A DNA stretch of 64,000 nt from Carcharhinus longimanus (GCA_030264375.1 JASCQW010000156.1:23028706-23092705), one strand, 5' to 3'; counted from the stretch's first letter, positions 50,138 to 61,964 are shown. Made by a program: numbers and translations. The notes: generated by a model not told the origin, from the letters alone.

Positions 50138-50298
50138 TAGTGATTCTAGCATCAGTTCCAGTGATGAATCTCCAGCAAGATCCGTGCAGTCCGCTGCAGT
50201 CCCTGCACCACCAGTCCAACTCCCAACACCCGTAGAAAAGGATGAACCACGTAAGAGCTATGGAATCAAAGTCCAAAATTTGCCAGTCCGCTCTACTG
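50138..50298 (+). CDS. SPEN: SPEN exon 4 (161 nt; SDSSISSSDESPARSVQSAAVPAPPVQLPTPVEKDEPRKSYGIKVQNLPVRST, start of RRM2)
   Basis: Acceptor tttttttgcag (NAGNAG, CAGTAG) and donor G|gtgagt at 50299. Hand translation continues the exon 3 frame. Not in the ORF track because it has no start codon. Confidence 0.95.
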
Positions 50299-50877
50299 GT
50301 GAGTAAATGCACAATTTAAGAGATCTGATCTGTTGGAAATTGGTTTCTTTCAGATATGTTCAAATAGACGTGGCAGTCAGTTTCTGGAACACATCCAACA
50401 AATTTGAAAAAAATAAGATTGCTTGGCGTGTAACATCAAATATTTCTCTTTTCAATAATAGAAGTTCGATTTTAGGGAATGCTGGAAAGTTAAATTTAGA
50501 AATCATTTATGCAGTGTTTAGCATATATATAATGTTCATTGCATGATATTAACGGCATTTTAATTTCAGGACAGAAATTGATTTCAGTTTTTAAACCTGT
50601 CGTTTTAATTCCATTTAAATTACCAAATGGCAGCTTCTCTGCTATTTATATTCAGTGTGACTTCTTCAATCCTTTGTGAAAATTGAAAAATCTACTGATT
50701 TGGATATCATTTCTTGAGAAAAAAGTAAAGCTACTTACATTTGATTGAAATGGTAAGGGGAAGAAGAAAAAGAGATTTTTGCAATTTATATGTGGAAACC
50801 ACTGTGAATAAAAGCATATTCAACTTGTCTAATGTGCCTGGTGACAAACACGAATGGAAAAAAAAAATCAAAGGTTA

Positions 50878-51071
50878 GTGAGCACAGTGGTTAGCACTGC
50901 TGCCTCACAGTGCCAGGGACCTGGGTTCAATTCCAGTCTGGGGTGACCGTGTGGCGTTTGTATGTTCTCCCTGTGTTTGTATCGGTTTCCTCCAGGTGAT
51001 TCAGTTTACTCCCACAGTCCAAAGAGGTGCAAATTACATGGATTGGCCCCTTAGTGTCCCAAGATGTGTAG
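50878..51071 (+). mobile_element. HE1-like V-SINE (3'-truncated)
   Basis: gcacagtggttagcactgctgcctcacagtgccagggacctgggttcaattcc...cccacagtccaaagagg. Confidence 0.9.
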
Positions 51072-52512
51072 TGATTGGTTAAAAGAAATTTCCCAATCCA
51101 TACATCAATTTTTTCTCTTGATTGTTACAGGCATAACAATGGAAAATTAGAAGCGACACCAGAACAGTATGTTGGGATGTGGCATTATGAATACATTAGG
51201 CAGGAACACACTGCCTATAATGGTCTGGCAATCAACGAATAGACGAATTACAGAGGTCACAGTCACAATTTTAATTCCTCTCTGTGTATGGTTAGCTGAT
51301 CTTATCCTGGTGGCCACAGGTGATCTACAGTCCATCCCAGAATCACTATGTTAGGCAAGGGGAAAAGGACAGTATTTCCTGGTCCTGATTCTTGTCTAAT
51401 ACCTTTATTGGAAATACATGTATGAATATTGGGTGAGTGTGGAAACAGGTGATGACCCCATTATTGATAGGCTTGCCAGCACTTGCTTTCTGAGGTGCAC
51501 TTAGGAAATGGCTATTCGCAGAAGTGCTAGAGATCACCCATAGCCTTGTACCCCAGTGAGGAATAAATACCTTGAGGCATGGAGAGGAAAAAATTAGCAG
51601 GAAATGTTTCAGATATAGTACACTTAAAACAATAATTGTTATTTGTTTACTTTTTGTTTCCTGTTTACATGCATTTCAATAGCACTATCAATTTTACAAA
51701 TCTGAAAAGTGTGAAGCTTGCAAATTTAAACTCAAAAATTGCTCAAACTTTATATAATGGTTAGACTTGATTTTTCTGTAAATGCTGAAAGCTCAGAATT
51801 TTATCCCTAAGACAGTGACTGTTTAGCTGAACACTTTTAATTCACAATTAATTTAAGAAAAATGTCAGGCAGTGAGAAACCTAAGACATGCATTCATCAG
51901 CGATATAAATATTTTCTGAATGAATTTAAATCGTAAATATTTGGGTTAATAGCTATGTATAGAAGTTAGGATGAGAGCTCAAAGTTGATCTTTACTACTT
52001 TTCAACAGGAGCTCTAATCGGGGCTGTCTGGTTTGTTTAATCCAGGAACAACACCTTTTACAATCTCACAGTTAGCCATAATTCTTTTTGGAGGTCTGGA
52101 TCCTCACTACACTTAAACGCTTTGTATTTGTATTAACTCTTCCAACTTTTAATAACACTTATTGAAGAGAATAGAAGAGACCTGGCTTGAAATTAAGGAA
52201 AGTTAAGCAGTTATAATTATTGGTCACATGTACAAATTAAATTCTCTCTTGGACATTCCGTCCAGCTTCCCTTCCAATTATTTTCACATAGATGGTCATT
52301 GGACATTGTTGCAGGCAGCAGACAATGCTCACCCTTCTCTCAGATTTTGGTAGTTCTCGGCTGACAATCCCTGAAAGCGAAGAGTCTTCTATCCCATTTC
52401 AGAAGAGTGTGCTTGAAATTGGAAATCGTTTGTTGATTATTCATGAAATTGAAAACAAATATCTTGCATCACATGAATACTTTTCACTGAAACCTTTCAA
52501 TTTTTCTTTTAG

Positions 52513-52713
52513 ACACAAGCCTTAAAGATGGTCTTTTCCATGAATTTAAGAAGTATGGGAAAGTAACATCTGTGCAAATCCATGGAGCATCTGAAGAACG
52601 CTATGGTCTTGTATTCTTTCGACAACAGGAAGACCAAGAGAAGGCTATGAATGCATCAAAGGGGAAGTTATTTTTTGGTATGCAGATTGAAGTTACTGCG
52701 TGGACAGGCCCAG
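52513..52713 (+). CDS. SPEN: SPEN exon 5 (201 nt; RRM2, DTSLKDGLFHEFKKYGKVTSVQIHGASEERYGLVFFRQQEDQEKAMNASKGKLFFGMQIEVTAWTGP)
   Basis: Acceptor tttttcttttag and donor CAG|gtatgt at 52714. Phase 1-1. Confidence 0.97.
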
Positions 52714-53654
52714 GTATGTGTTTACTGAGCAGCGGCACAGTTTGTGTAAAGATGTGGTACTGCAATCCAAATCATGGCAAAGGCTTGGTGAAAATAAGGA
52801 ATATCTGTTTTAAATTAATTATATCCTCAAAATGTTTTTGGATTTACAAAACATTTGTACATTGTTTACTATCTTGCTGAAGAGATGAGAAGTACATTGA
52901 CTTAAGATTAATGTTACTCAAGATTGCCATTGTTGCAGCCCATGGGAGCATCTTGCAGAAGGATCATTCTCTGAAGCACCTCAGGATGATGGGATGTGGA
53001 TGTGTGTTCATGTTTCCCTACATATTGTGCTCTTGGTTTCAATCCTGGCTTAATAAGAAAATTATTATTTAAACTGGATGGGTTGAAGAAATATAGAAAT
53101 AATGTTCTATTAAACTGTCGTATCCATAATTCTGAAAGATTTTCATTTCCCTTATGCATTTCCTTACTTGCTCATACTTCACATAAAAAGTATAGGAAGT
53201 AGCTCTTGAGTCTATGCTCCAGCAACATGTCATGGCATGGGAGGATGTTAATGGTGCTTCAGATACATGCAAAACAATTGTGATCTGCCATGAATCACAG
53301 ACGAAGGTGACAAGCCTACAAGTGATCCACAGTTTATATTACAAGCACCAGTGATTTGGATGACTTCTGTGAATCTTAACTTTATTTTACTTTGTAAAAT
53401 CTACTATAAAATTCGGGTTGGTTAGTCTATTCAATAAATGTACAGCAAAGTATTATCTAGTGAATGACACCTTTGTTCCTGAAATGATTGAGGACTGGAG
53501 AAAGTTAGCAGCAGACTGCATGACCACACTGAAGTAATCTTTTAAGTATGTATTTAACATATAGTCAAATTGAAGATAATTTGAAAAATAAGCAGAGTAG
53601 TGTTCTGGTGACATAATATGTTTTCGAATTTTTTTTGTTTGGGACCCCTTGCAG

Positions 53655-53806
53655 AAACGGAAAGCGAGAATGAATTTCGACCACTGGATGACCGAATAGA
53701 TGAGTTTCATCCCAAGGCTACAAGAACATTATTTATTGGGAATCTAGAGAAAACCACAACCTATGGAGATCTTCGAAACATCTTTGAACGCTTTGGAGAA
53801 ATTGTG
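53655..53806 (+). CDS. SPEN: SPEN exon 6 (152 nt; ETESENEFRPLDDRIDEFHPKATRTLFIGNLEKTTTYGDLRNIFERFGEIV, RRM3 RNP2)
   Basis: Acceptor ccccttgcag and donor GTG|gtatgt at 53807. RNP2-like LFIGNL motif. Confidence 0.97.
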
Positions 53807-54469
53807 GTATGTACGCTGCTTGGATTGGTAATTATTGAGGTGACAGGATTTCATCATTTTTGAAACCATTCAACTAGAAGTGTAATTTATTTAAAGCTGT
53901 ATGTTTTTTAAGGCATCCATTATCCACATTTTAGTTATCCTTCAACTTGATTATCTTTCAGAATTTTTGCAGCATGAGGCCTTGTGTAAAATATGCCATT
54001 GTACATCTGACCTGTATTTCATATCTTTGTCTCTTGGGTGAATAACCTACGGTTTGTTGTTTATTTTGTATTTGTCTTCATTCCAATTACCTAATGATCA
54101 TCCTGGGGGTGGGTAAAAGTGATCACCAGGTCAAGATGATGTGCTTGACAATGGGAGAATGAAACTCAGTCAACTCTGGCAGACTCCAGATACCTGAGCT
54201 AAGCAGGTCAGCAATATTCCAGGGCATTCTTGAGGATTCCTCAAGCAGCCTGATTTTGTTAATAGGATCTGGAGGGTAAAACAAACAGTTGGGACAGTGA
54301 AGGGATTTAGCCACCAAGGGTCCAGGAATCAATACAGGTGAGTGAGGAGCAGGCAGATGGATGGAATAGGATTTGGTAAAGGAAAGCATATGGGCAGCAG
54401 AGGTTTTGAAGGGACTGTGTTAATTTTGTTTTATCTTTTCACACAAAATGGATTCTGTCACATACTAAT

Positions 54470-56945
54470 GACCACCTTCCTAACTTGTCCTTGCCCTGGA
54501 CCATGACTCCACTACTGCACATCAAGCCACCAGGGCTGTCATAGACCTCATCTCCTCTGGAGATCTTCCACCCACAACTTTGTACCTTATAGTCTCCCAA
54601 TCTTGAATAACGCACNNNNNNNNNNNNNNNNNNNNNNNNNNNNNNNNNNNNNNNNNNNNNNNNNNNNNNNNNNNNNNNNNNNNNNNNNNNNNNNNNNNNN
54701 NNNNNNNNNNNNNNNTTTGTACCTTATAGTCTCCCAATCTTGAATAGCGCACTTCTACCTCTTTTCCAAAATCAACAAACAGGACTGTCCAGACAGGTCC
54801 ATTGTTTTAGACTATATCTACTCTAGTGAATCAATTTCTTCCCATCTTGATCCTGTTGTTCTCTTCTTGATTCTACTCTTGATTCTAGGGTGGCACAGTG
54901 GTTAACACTACTGCCTCACAGCACCACGGACCTGGGTTCGATTTCTTGCTTGGCTCGCTGTCTGTGCAGAGTCTGCACGTTCTCCCTGTGTTTGCATGGG
55001 TTTCCGCCGGGTGCTCTGATTTCCTTCCACAGTCTGAAAGATGTGATGGTTAGGTGCATTGGCCATGCTGAATTCTCCTACAGTGTACCCGATCAGGTGC
55101 CGGAGTGGGGTGACTAGGAGATTTTCACAGTAACTTCATTAAGTGTTAATATAAGCCAACTTGTGACACTAATAAAATAAACTATTTTTTCTCCCCTTGT
55201 CAACTCTCTTTTTATCTCCATTTGTGATTCTTCTGATACCGGATATCGTTTCAACATTATTTACAGTTTCCTGGCCCTAACTGCCACCTCTTCCCTATGA
55301 ATGTCCAATTTCTCTACATCGCCATCTCCCAGCAGGATGGGCTGAGGGCTGTCTGCTTCTTCCTTGAGCAGAGGCCCGAACAGTCCCCATCTACCACCAC
55401 TCTACTCCACCTGCCTTGCATTGTTCTGTCACTGAACAATTTCTCGTTTAACTCATTTCCTTATCTCATTTCCTTTGAATAAAAGATGTGGCTTTGGAAA
55501 CCTGATTAAGCCCTATTTATGTCTTGTCTTTTTGTGGCGTATGTGAAACATTGCTCATTTCAGTCCTACAACTCTTTTTCTGGAATCATGGTGCTGCCTG
55601 CCTTGGAACTAGAAAAATAATCAGTTTTATTTCTTTTCACCCTTCTTTCATGTTCAAATGGTATATTGCCAACACTTCTATTCCCTTCCTTGACTTCTCA
55701 CTTTTCATTTCTGGAGATAGACAACCTTTGAGATTCATTACAAACTCACCAACACCCACAACTAGCTGGACTACACTTACTCACACCCTGCTTCCTGTAA
55801 GGACTTCATCCATTCTCCTAGTTTCTCCATCTCTGTTGCATCCGTTTTGATGATGCTACAGTTCATAATGGCACTTCCAACATGCCTTTCTCCCCAACTA
55901 TGGTTGATAGCGCCCTCAACTGTGTCTGACCCATTTCCCATACTTCTGTCCTCACCACATCCCCTCTGTCCCAGAACCACACTGTGTTCCTTTTGTCCTC
56001 ATTAACCCACACCCAACCTCCCCCCAACAATCCTTGTATTCAAAGGATTAGCTTTTGCCTTTCCTGCTATCTCCAGTATGATGCTACCATCAAATACATC
56101 TTCCCTTCCTCAAAGGGACTGCNNNNNNNNNNTGGTTCATATTCTGCTACCAGCAACACCTCAAACCTTCCCAAGGCACCACTTTCCATGCAGGAGGTGT
56201 AATGTCTGCCCCTCTACCTCCTCACTCCTCATTGTCTAAAGCCCCAAACACACTTTCAGCTGAAGCAGCAATTTACTTGTACTTCTTTTAATTTAGTCTG
56301 TGCTGTTTGCTGCTCACAGTGTGGTCTCATTTACATTAGGGAGACCAAATGCAGACTGGATGACCATTTTTTGAATGCCTCCACTCAAGTCGGCAAGCAT
56401 GACTCCAATCTTCCAGTTACTTGCTATTTCAATTCATCTTGCTCTCATGCTCCTGTTTCAGCCTTTAGCCTACTAGAGTGTCCAGTGAAGCTCAACACAA
56501 GCTGGAGGAACAGCACCTCATCTTCCATAGGGCACTTTACAACCTTCTGGATTCAACATTGAGCTAGACAACTTCAGACCATGATCCCTATCCTCCATTT
56601 TGAATTTTGTTTTTGCCAAGTCCCACTTTGTATCTTGTTTTTGCTTTCAGACTGAGTTGACCTTTATTCTGCTATTAATGTCTATTCCAGAACTATGCTT
56701 TATTTCTTTAATGAAGCACAACAACTCCCTTTACTTTTTGTTCCATGACATCTTTGGAATTTAATCTCTATCACCTTCTAACCCATCTCTGACCTTCCCT
56801 TTGGTTGCATCTGATTCTCTCCCTTTTTCAACAGCATAAAACCTATCACATTTCTACCTCTCTAGTTCTGAAGAAATCATATTGGACTGGAAACATTAAC
56901 TCTCAGGTGCTTCCAGACCTGTCTCGTTTTCCCAGAACTTTCTAT
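54470..56945 (+). mobile_element. Degenerate Penelope-like element (RT plus GIY-YIG endonuclease plus terminal hammerhead-like motif)
   Basis: FYLFSKINKQDCPDRSIV (compare FYLLPKIHK..CPGRPIV), MNVQFLYIAISQQDG, SIPFLDF, and FTCTSFNLVCAVCCSQCGLIYIRETKCRLDDHF (GIY-YIG). CTGAAGA...GAAAC at 56868-56894. Confidence 0.85.
54887..55182 (+). mobile_element. V-SINE with a non-CR1 tail, nested in the Penelope-like element
   Basis: HE1-like head and V-domain. Tail gactaggagattttcacagtaacttcattaagtgttaatataagccaacttgtgacactaataaaataa. Confidence 0.85.
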
Positions 56946-57075
56946 TTTTATTACTAATGACAGCCGACTTGGTACAGTTTGCTGCATTAAAACTTGAAGC
57001 ATAATTGCACAGTATGTAAAATGTTCTATTTCGAAATGATAGCATAAAGTGCCAAATGCGTCAAAGAATTGAAGT

Positions 57076-57240
57076 AAAAACAGAAAATGCTGGAAAATCT
57101 CAGCAGGTCTGACAGCATTTGTGGGGAGAGAATAGAGCCAACGTTTCAAGTCCAAATGACCATTCGTCAGAGCTCTTGCTCTATTCTCTCCCCACGGATG
57201 CTGTCAGGCCTCCTGAGATTTTCCAGCATTTTCTGTTTTT
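57076..57240. repeat. 63-bp inverted repeat with a 39-nt loop (Penelope terminal-repeat-derived foldback element)
   Basis: Arms 57076-57138 and 57178-57240 differ at 4 positions. The loop region carries a minus-strand hammerhead-like motif. Confidence 0.95.
57134..57176 (-). ncRNA. Minimal type I hammerhead ribozyme-like motif (partly decayed)
   Basis: Minus strand: AGAGCU-CUGACGA-AUGGUC-AUUUG-GACUU-GAAAC-GUU-GGCUCU. Core CUGANGA and GAAA, stems I and II, and a palindromic ACGU stem III are present. Confidence 0.6.
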
Positions 57241-57387
57241 CTTTCAGATTCCAGCATCCTCAGTATTTTATCAAAGTAAAGTAGTTTGAAACGGATGCCT
57301 AATTGGTGCTATGTTTTTGACGTAAGTTAATGCACCACCATCCATGAGGAGTAATGAGGCTGATTCTTGCTCAAATGAACAAGACAG

Positions 57388-57550
57388 AGGATGGGATTTT
57401 ACTCCCCCTCGTGGCAGGACCTTGTGCACCTGCTGTCGTCGACAGGATTTCCTGTTGAATGCAACCCTTGCCGCTGGGAAATCCGCAGCGGGGTGCACCA
57501 TCAGCGGGATTGTAAGATCCTTCTGGCATAAATGGTAGCAAGATTTTGGC
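57388..57550. mobile_element. GC-rich MITE-like element
   Basis: Ends ggatgggattttac / gcaagattttggc. Inverted relative of 34358-34552. Confidence 0.7.
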
Positions 57551-57903
57551 GATAGTAACTATACTGTCCAGGCAGAAGTCTCGAAAATTGTGGACATGAT
57601 TCCTGCTTGTGATTCAGATGTAGTACTGCATTTCCTCAAGTAACAGTCTCATTTTCTTCTCTGTGCTCCCTCAGACCCAAATGCAAATGACTATGGATTA
57701 ATGTGATACTTCACGTTCACATATTTAAAAAAAACTTTGAACTAAAATTTAAATGTTACATTCACTCCCCTATTTATTTTAATGGGGAAAGCAAAAAGAA
57801 GAAAACAATTACAACAGAAGTCTTTGAAATTCGGCAAGAATGTGTTTTTTGTGATGAGGCACAGTCAAAAAGTCCATGCTATTTTTTTTATTTGAAATGA
57901 CAG

Positions 57904-58029
57904 GATATTGACATCAAGAAGGTAAATGGGGTTCCTCAATACGCCTTCCTACAGTACTGTGACATTGCAAGTGTCTGCAAAGCCATCAAGAAAATGGACG
58001 GAGAGTACTTAGGAAATAATCGGCTCAAG
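57904..58029 (+). CDS. SPEN: SPEN exon 7 (126 nt; DIDIKKVNGVPQYAFLQYCDIASVCKAIKKMDGEYLGNNRLK, RRM3 RNP1)
   Basis: Acceptor tgacag at 57902-57903 and donor AAG|gtcagg at 58030. Phase 0-0. Confidence 0.97.
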
Positions 58030-59682
58030 GTCAGGAAGGAGAAATACAGTCATTTGCTTATCAGGAATATTCACTTATCAGGAATTCACAGTGAAATATT
58101 AGTAAGAATTTTCTGTTGAACAATTTCTTGTATACTGTTTTTTGTTGTAACTTTACTTTTGTAATATTCCCCTCTGTTTTCTTGAGTTACTTCTCTCTTT
58201 CCTCCCTCCAAGTTTAATATTGTTCTCCTTGGCATGTTAGGTAGAATGTCCAACCTGCAGAGATGTTTCTGTGGATGTAATCAGTGCCACTTTTGGTCGT
58301 CCAACCTGGGCTGTGATTGAGCAGTGTGTGAAGGCAAGCATCACTGTTCTTCTCTCAGATGGGGTTGAGACATGCAAAGTTGAACTGAGCTCTGGGAGAA
58401 GCCCAAGTGCAATTGTTACCTGAAACTGGTCTCCCCTGATTGAAAATTCATTGATGTAGATTGTAGTATTGGTCTGTTCTACTTTCCCCTTCCCTGCAAA
58501 TTATTTTTCACCCACATGTCATCCTGCAGCTAATGTAACAACCTTGACAAATGAATTTCTTCTGGACATCACCGATTTTAACACCTACATAATTTGTAAT
58601 GTGCTAGAGTGATCCCACTAAATTCATGCTTCAGTTCCTCACTTCCATTTGGAAAATTGCTTTTTTCCTTAACTGGTACTTAATTGACTGAAATTGGGAA
58701 CTCACTATGTGGAGAATCATAGAGTAAGAATCCACGTTCTGCAACATGATTCAGTGACCTTTCTTGCATTTTTGTAGCTAGAATTGAAAACTAAAATTTC
58801 ATCAATTGTACATTTTGCAATTCTTTAACTAGTGAATCTGGGTATGGAGAAAATTGCAAGAAAATGTAAGGAATTATCTTATACAGACTATAAGTCAGTC
58901 TGTAATTCTGCTAATATGGAATCTATACAGAGCACTTGCTTAATAAAAACGTCATCAAACTTTCAGTCTGACCAAATGCATATGATAGGCATAGACCAAA
59001 AATCATTGATTTTTCAATTACTATTTAATTAACAACAGTAACCAAGTAATTTTTGAAGTAGAATTGATTACAAAAACAATTTGAGTGATCCCCTTAGCAT
59101 TGTTGTATTTGTATAAATGTCTGCTGCTTATCCTATTGGAACTATATTGGTCATCTATACAAATGTAAAAATGTTTTCAGATCAGACTGTTGTATGTTAG
59201 TGTTTCAGGACATTTTGTCCTGGAGTTATTGAATATGGGTTTGTGTCAATGTTTTGTGAGCAATTAATCCAGCTCTGATGGATAGGAAAAAGGCACTTCC
59301 AAATGGAATGAGTGAAATTTGGAATGTTTTCCCAATCAACTTGTGCACTTCCTAAAGACCAGTTCCAGAAGAACGTTGAAAGGCTGGGCTCTGTTTCAGC
59401 TCTTAAATAATGAATGATCCAAGATACCTGAAATGAAGTGAAATGAATAAGATGTTCACAGAACAATTTAAATTATTTATAGAGCTGCATCATGTTTCTA
59501 TACCAATTATCTCCTTTGAAAAAATTCATATAATTCTATATTACAGTGAAGACTAGTAGTAGTAGTTGTAAATTTTGGGGATGTCAGTTAATTAGATTTT
59601 TAACATTTGTGAAAATTTTTAATACTACTTAGCCCTATTGTATTCAGGTCAGTGAGTTTTATTACAGTTAAAATACACCTAT

Positions 59683-59706
59683 TCTCTCTCTCTCTCTCTC
59701 TCTCTC
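59683..59706 (+). repeat. (TC)12 microsatellite forming the exon 8 polypyrimidine tract
   Basis: Direct reading. It ends just upstream of the acceptor AG at 59714-59715. Confidence 0.95.
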
Positions 59707-59715
59707 TTTCTTCAG

Positions 59716-59829
59716 CTGGGCTTTGGAAAGAGCATGCCAACTAACTGTGTATGGCTGGATGGTCTGTCTTCAAACATTACTGAACAATACTTATCCAGAC
59801 ATTTCTGTCGTTATGGACCTGTGCTCAAA
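59716..59829 (+). CDS. SPEN: SPEN exon 8 (114 nt; LGFGKSMPTNCVWLDGLSSNITEQYLSRHFCRYGPVLK, RRM3/RRM4)
   Basis: Acceptor (tc)n-tttcttcag and donor AAA|gtaagt at 59830. Phase 0-0. Confidence 0.97.
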
Positions 59830-61218
59830 GTAAGTGTCTTGTTGCACACATTCACTTACATTTCACAACTTATTAACAGCTGGCAGCAAAATAATTTTTC
59901 ATAATTTTTCCAATTTACCTTTGCAAATCCAATAATTAATAGGGTTTTGAGAAAATTATGATTTCAATTTTCCTCTCCAAAATACTCCAATACATTTCAT
60001 GTTCTGATGAGACAAAATGGCATCTAATACATAGTTGTGAATATACTGATTTGATTAGTTTTCAACTTTACATACGAGGAACCTACCATGAAAAATGGCA
60101 TTTTAATCGTAGGACTTGAATATGATCTCTTTGAATGAGTTTACAATTCTTCTTTGAAATACATCAATTCCATTATCAGATTATATTTGTTTCCTAAGGC
60201 AGTTTAAACATTAGATTGCTGAAAATGGATTCATCTGTCAGCCTCGGTGATGTCACCATCAGAACAGTATATTTCATAATGTTTTTATCCTCCGCATTTC
60301 AAAAAAGAACAGTACAAATACTCAGAATCTGAAATGAAAACAGAAGACATTGGAAATGCAGCAGTTCAGTGCAGATCCTTTCTCTGAGCTCAATTTTTAT
60401 GAAGGCTCCCAATGAAGCATTGAGCTGTCTTTTCTCTTTCAGATGCTGACTGACTGATTATCTATTTCCAACAATTCTGTTGGTTTTACCAAAAAGTAAT
60501 CTAGGTCCTCCTAGGAAAATGAACTTGTGCAGCATGGAGCTGCTTGTCATCCATCCCTTTCATAGTTTGAAGTGGGTATGTGGAACTGAATGCTGAACTT
60601 TAATGTTGGCAATAAAGAGCCACTGTTCACGCTGTAATTTGTGTTGGGTGATGCCAGAGGGCCATGGTCTTGGCTATCAGCATTGTAAGTTTTAAAATTG
60701 ACTGTTGAAACAACAATAATCACCTAATGATTCTAAATAGTTCATAAAAATGATATAGAAGTGAATAACTAGCACGTGATTCAGAAATTTATTTTTCACT
60801 TCAACTGCTCAACGGTCTGAAAAGACCAATTGCACAACATAGCATTCTCTATATCTATGACTTTTCTATCGACCTGCCATTTACTATATCACTCTCTGAT
60901 ACGTTTCCTCTCTAATGACAGATTTTGTTACAGGGTCCTCACTGATGCACCAAACTGTATAAAGCATGCGTTTTTATTGTACATCCTTCACTGTCATCTC
61001 TATTGATGATACCTCTGATAGAGCACTCTATTTATGTCTCTCTTGCTTACAGACAAATTATATCAAACTCCACTTCAGTAACTTGTCCCTTCTCCTGATA
61101 ACACATTTGTATGGATCCCCAAGACAATGCTCTGGAGGGGTTCTGCTGTATATCTATCAGTTACTTGCCATTCCTATTCAGGGAACTAGCTGACTTCTTT
61201 CTTTACCTCCTGGGACAG

Positions 61219-61332
61219 ATTGTGTTGGATCGTCAGAAAGGAATGGCTCTGGTGTTGTACGATGAAATTGAATGCGCACAAACAGCGGTGCAGGAGACCA
61301 AGGGCAGGAAGATTGGAGGAAATAGAATAAAG
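61219..61332 (+). CDS. SPEN: SPEN exon 9 (114 nt; IVLDRQKGMALVLYDEIECAQTAVQETKGRKIGGNRIK, RRM4)
   Basis: Acceptor gggacag after a pyrimidine tract and donor AAG|gttagt at 61333. Phase 0-0. Confidence 0.96.
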
Positions 61333-61863
61333 GTTAGTATGAGAGAGTTCATGGGGATACTAACAGTGCACTTCTTGTTCTCTTCACTCTTCTATATCCT
61401 TTCTTTTTTCACTCTCTTTCTGCACAGGTACATAAACATAGCAGTGTTCCCTATCTTCTCAGGCATAGTCCCCTCCCACCCTTCCCCAATCTCATGGCAT
61501 TACACGTGATAAAAGACAAGATACATTCTGTGTAAAACCAGAGCATGAAATAGTACCAAGTATTGGAGGGGATTGGAAGGTTAAAATCTGGAGAAAAAAC
61601 CCAGGAAGTTAAAATTAATATTTTGCAATGTTAAAAAGCGGAATTTGTTGGCCTTCTGCAGTTCAAAGTGGTATTGTGGTTGGCACACAAACTGGAAAAA
61701 CAGTTTAATGCCTTACAAGGATCAGAAGCATGTTTAAAAAATCACCATTTGCTGCCAGTTCAACTTTGCAATCAAATATCCAGTTGTTATTGTATGACTT
61801 TCCCTTATTTAATAAGCATTGCCTCAGCTTTAAATATCTAACAATGAGACTTCTCCCTTTTAG

Positions 61864-61964
61864 GTGGATTTTGCAAATCGCGAGAGTCAGTTGGCATTTT
61901 ATCGTTCTATGGAAGTCTCTGGGCAGGATATCAGAGATTTATATGAAATCTTTGCTGAGAGAAG
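61864..61964 (+). CDS. SPEN: SPEN exon 10 (101 nt; VDFANRESQLAFYRSMEVSGQDIRDLYEIFAER, RRM4 end plus C-terminal helix); ends at a GC donor
   Basis: Acceptor ctcccttttag. SPEN-like peptide ends at AAG|gcaagt (61965-61970), a consensus GC-type donor. Confidence 0.93.

Noticed and set aside
54579-54752. 37-nt direct repeat flanking a 100-N gap (one A/G difference)
   Set aside because: This pattern is typical of overlapping contig ends at a heterozygous site. Probably an assembly artefact rather than a tandem duplication or TSD.
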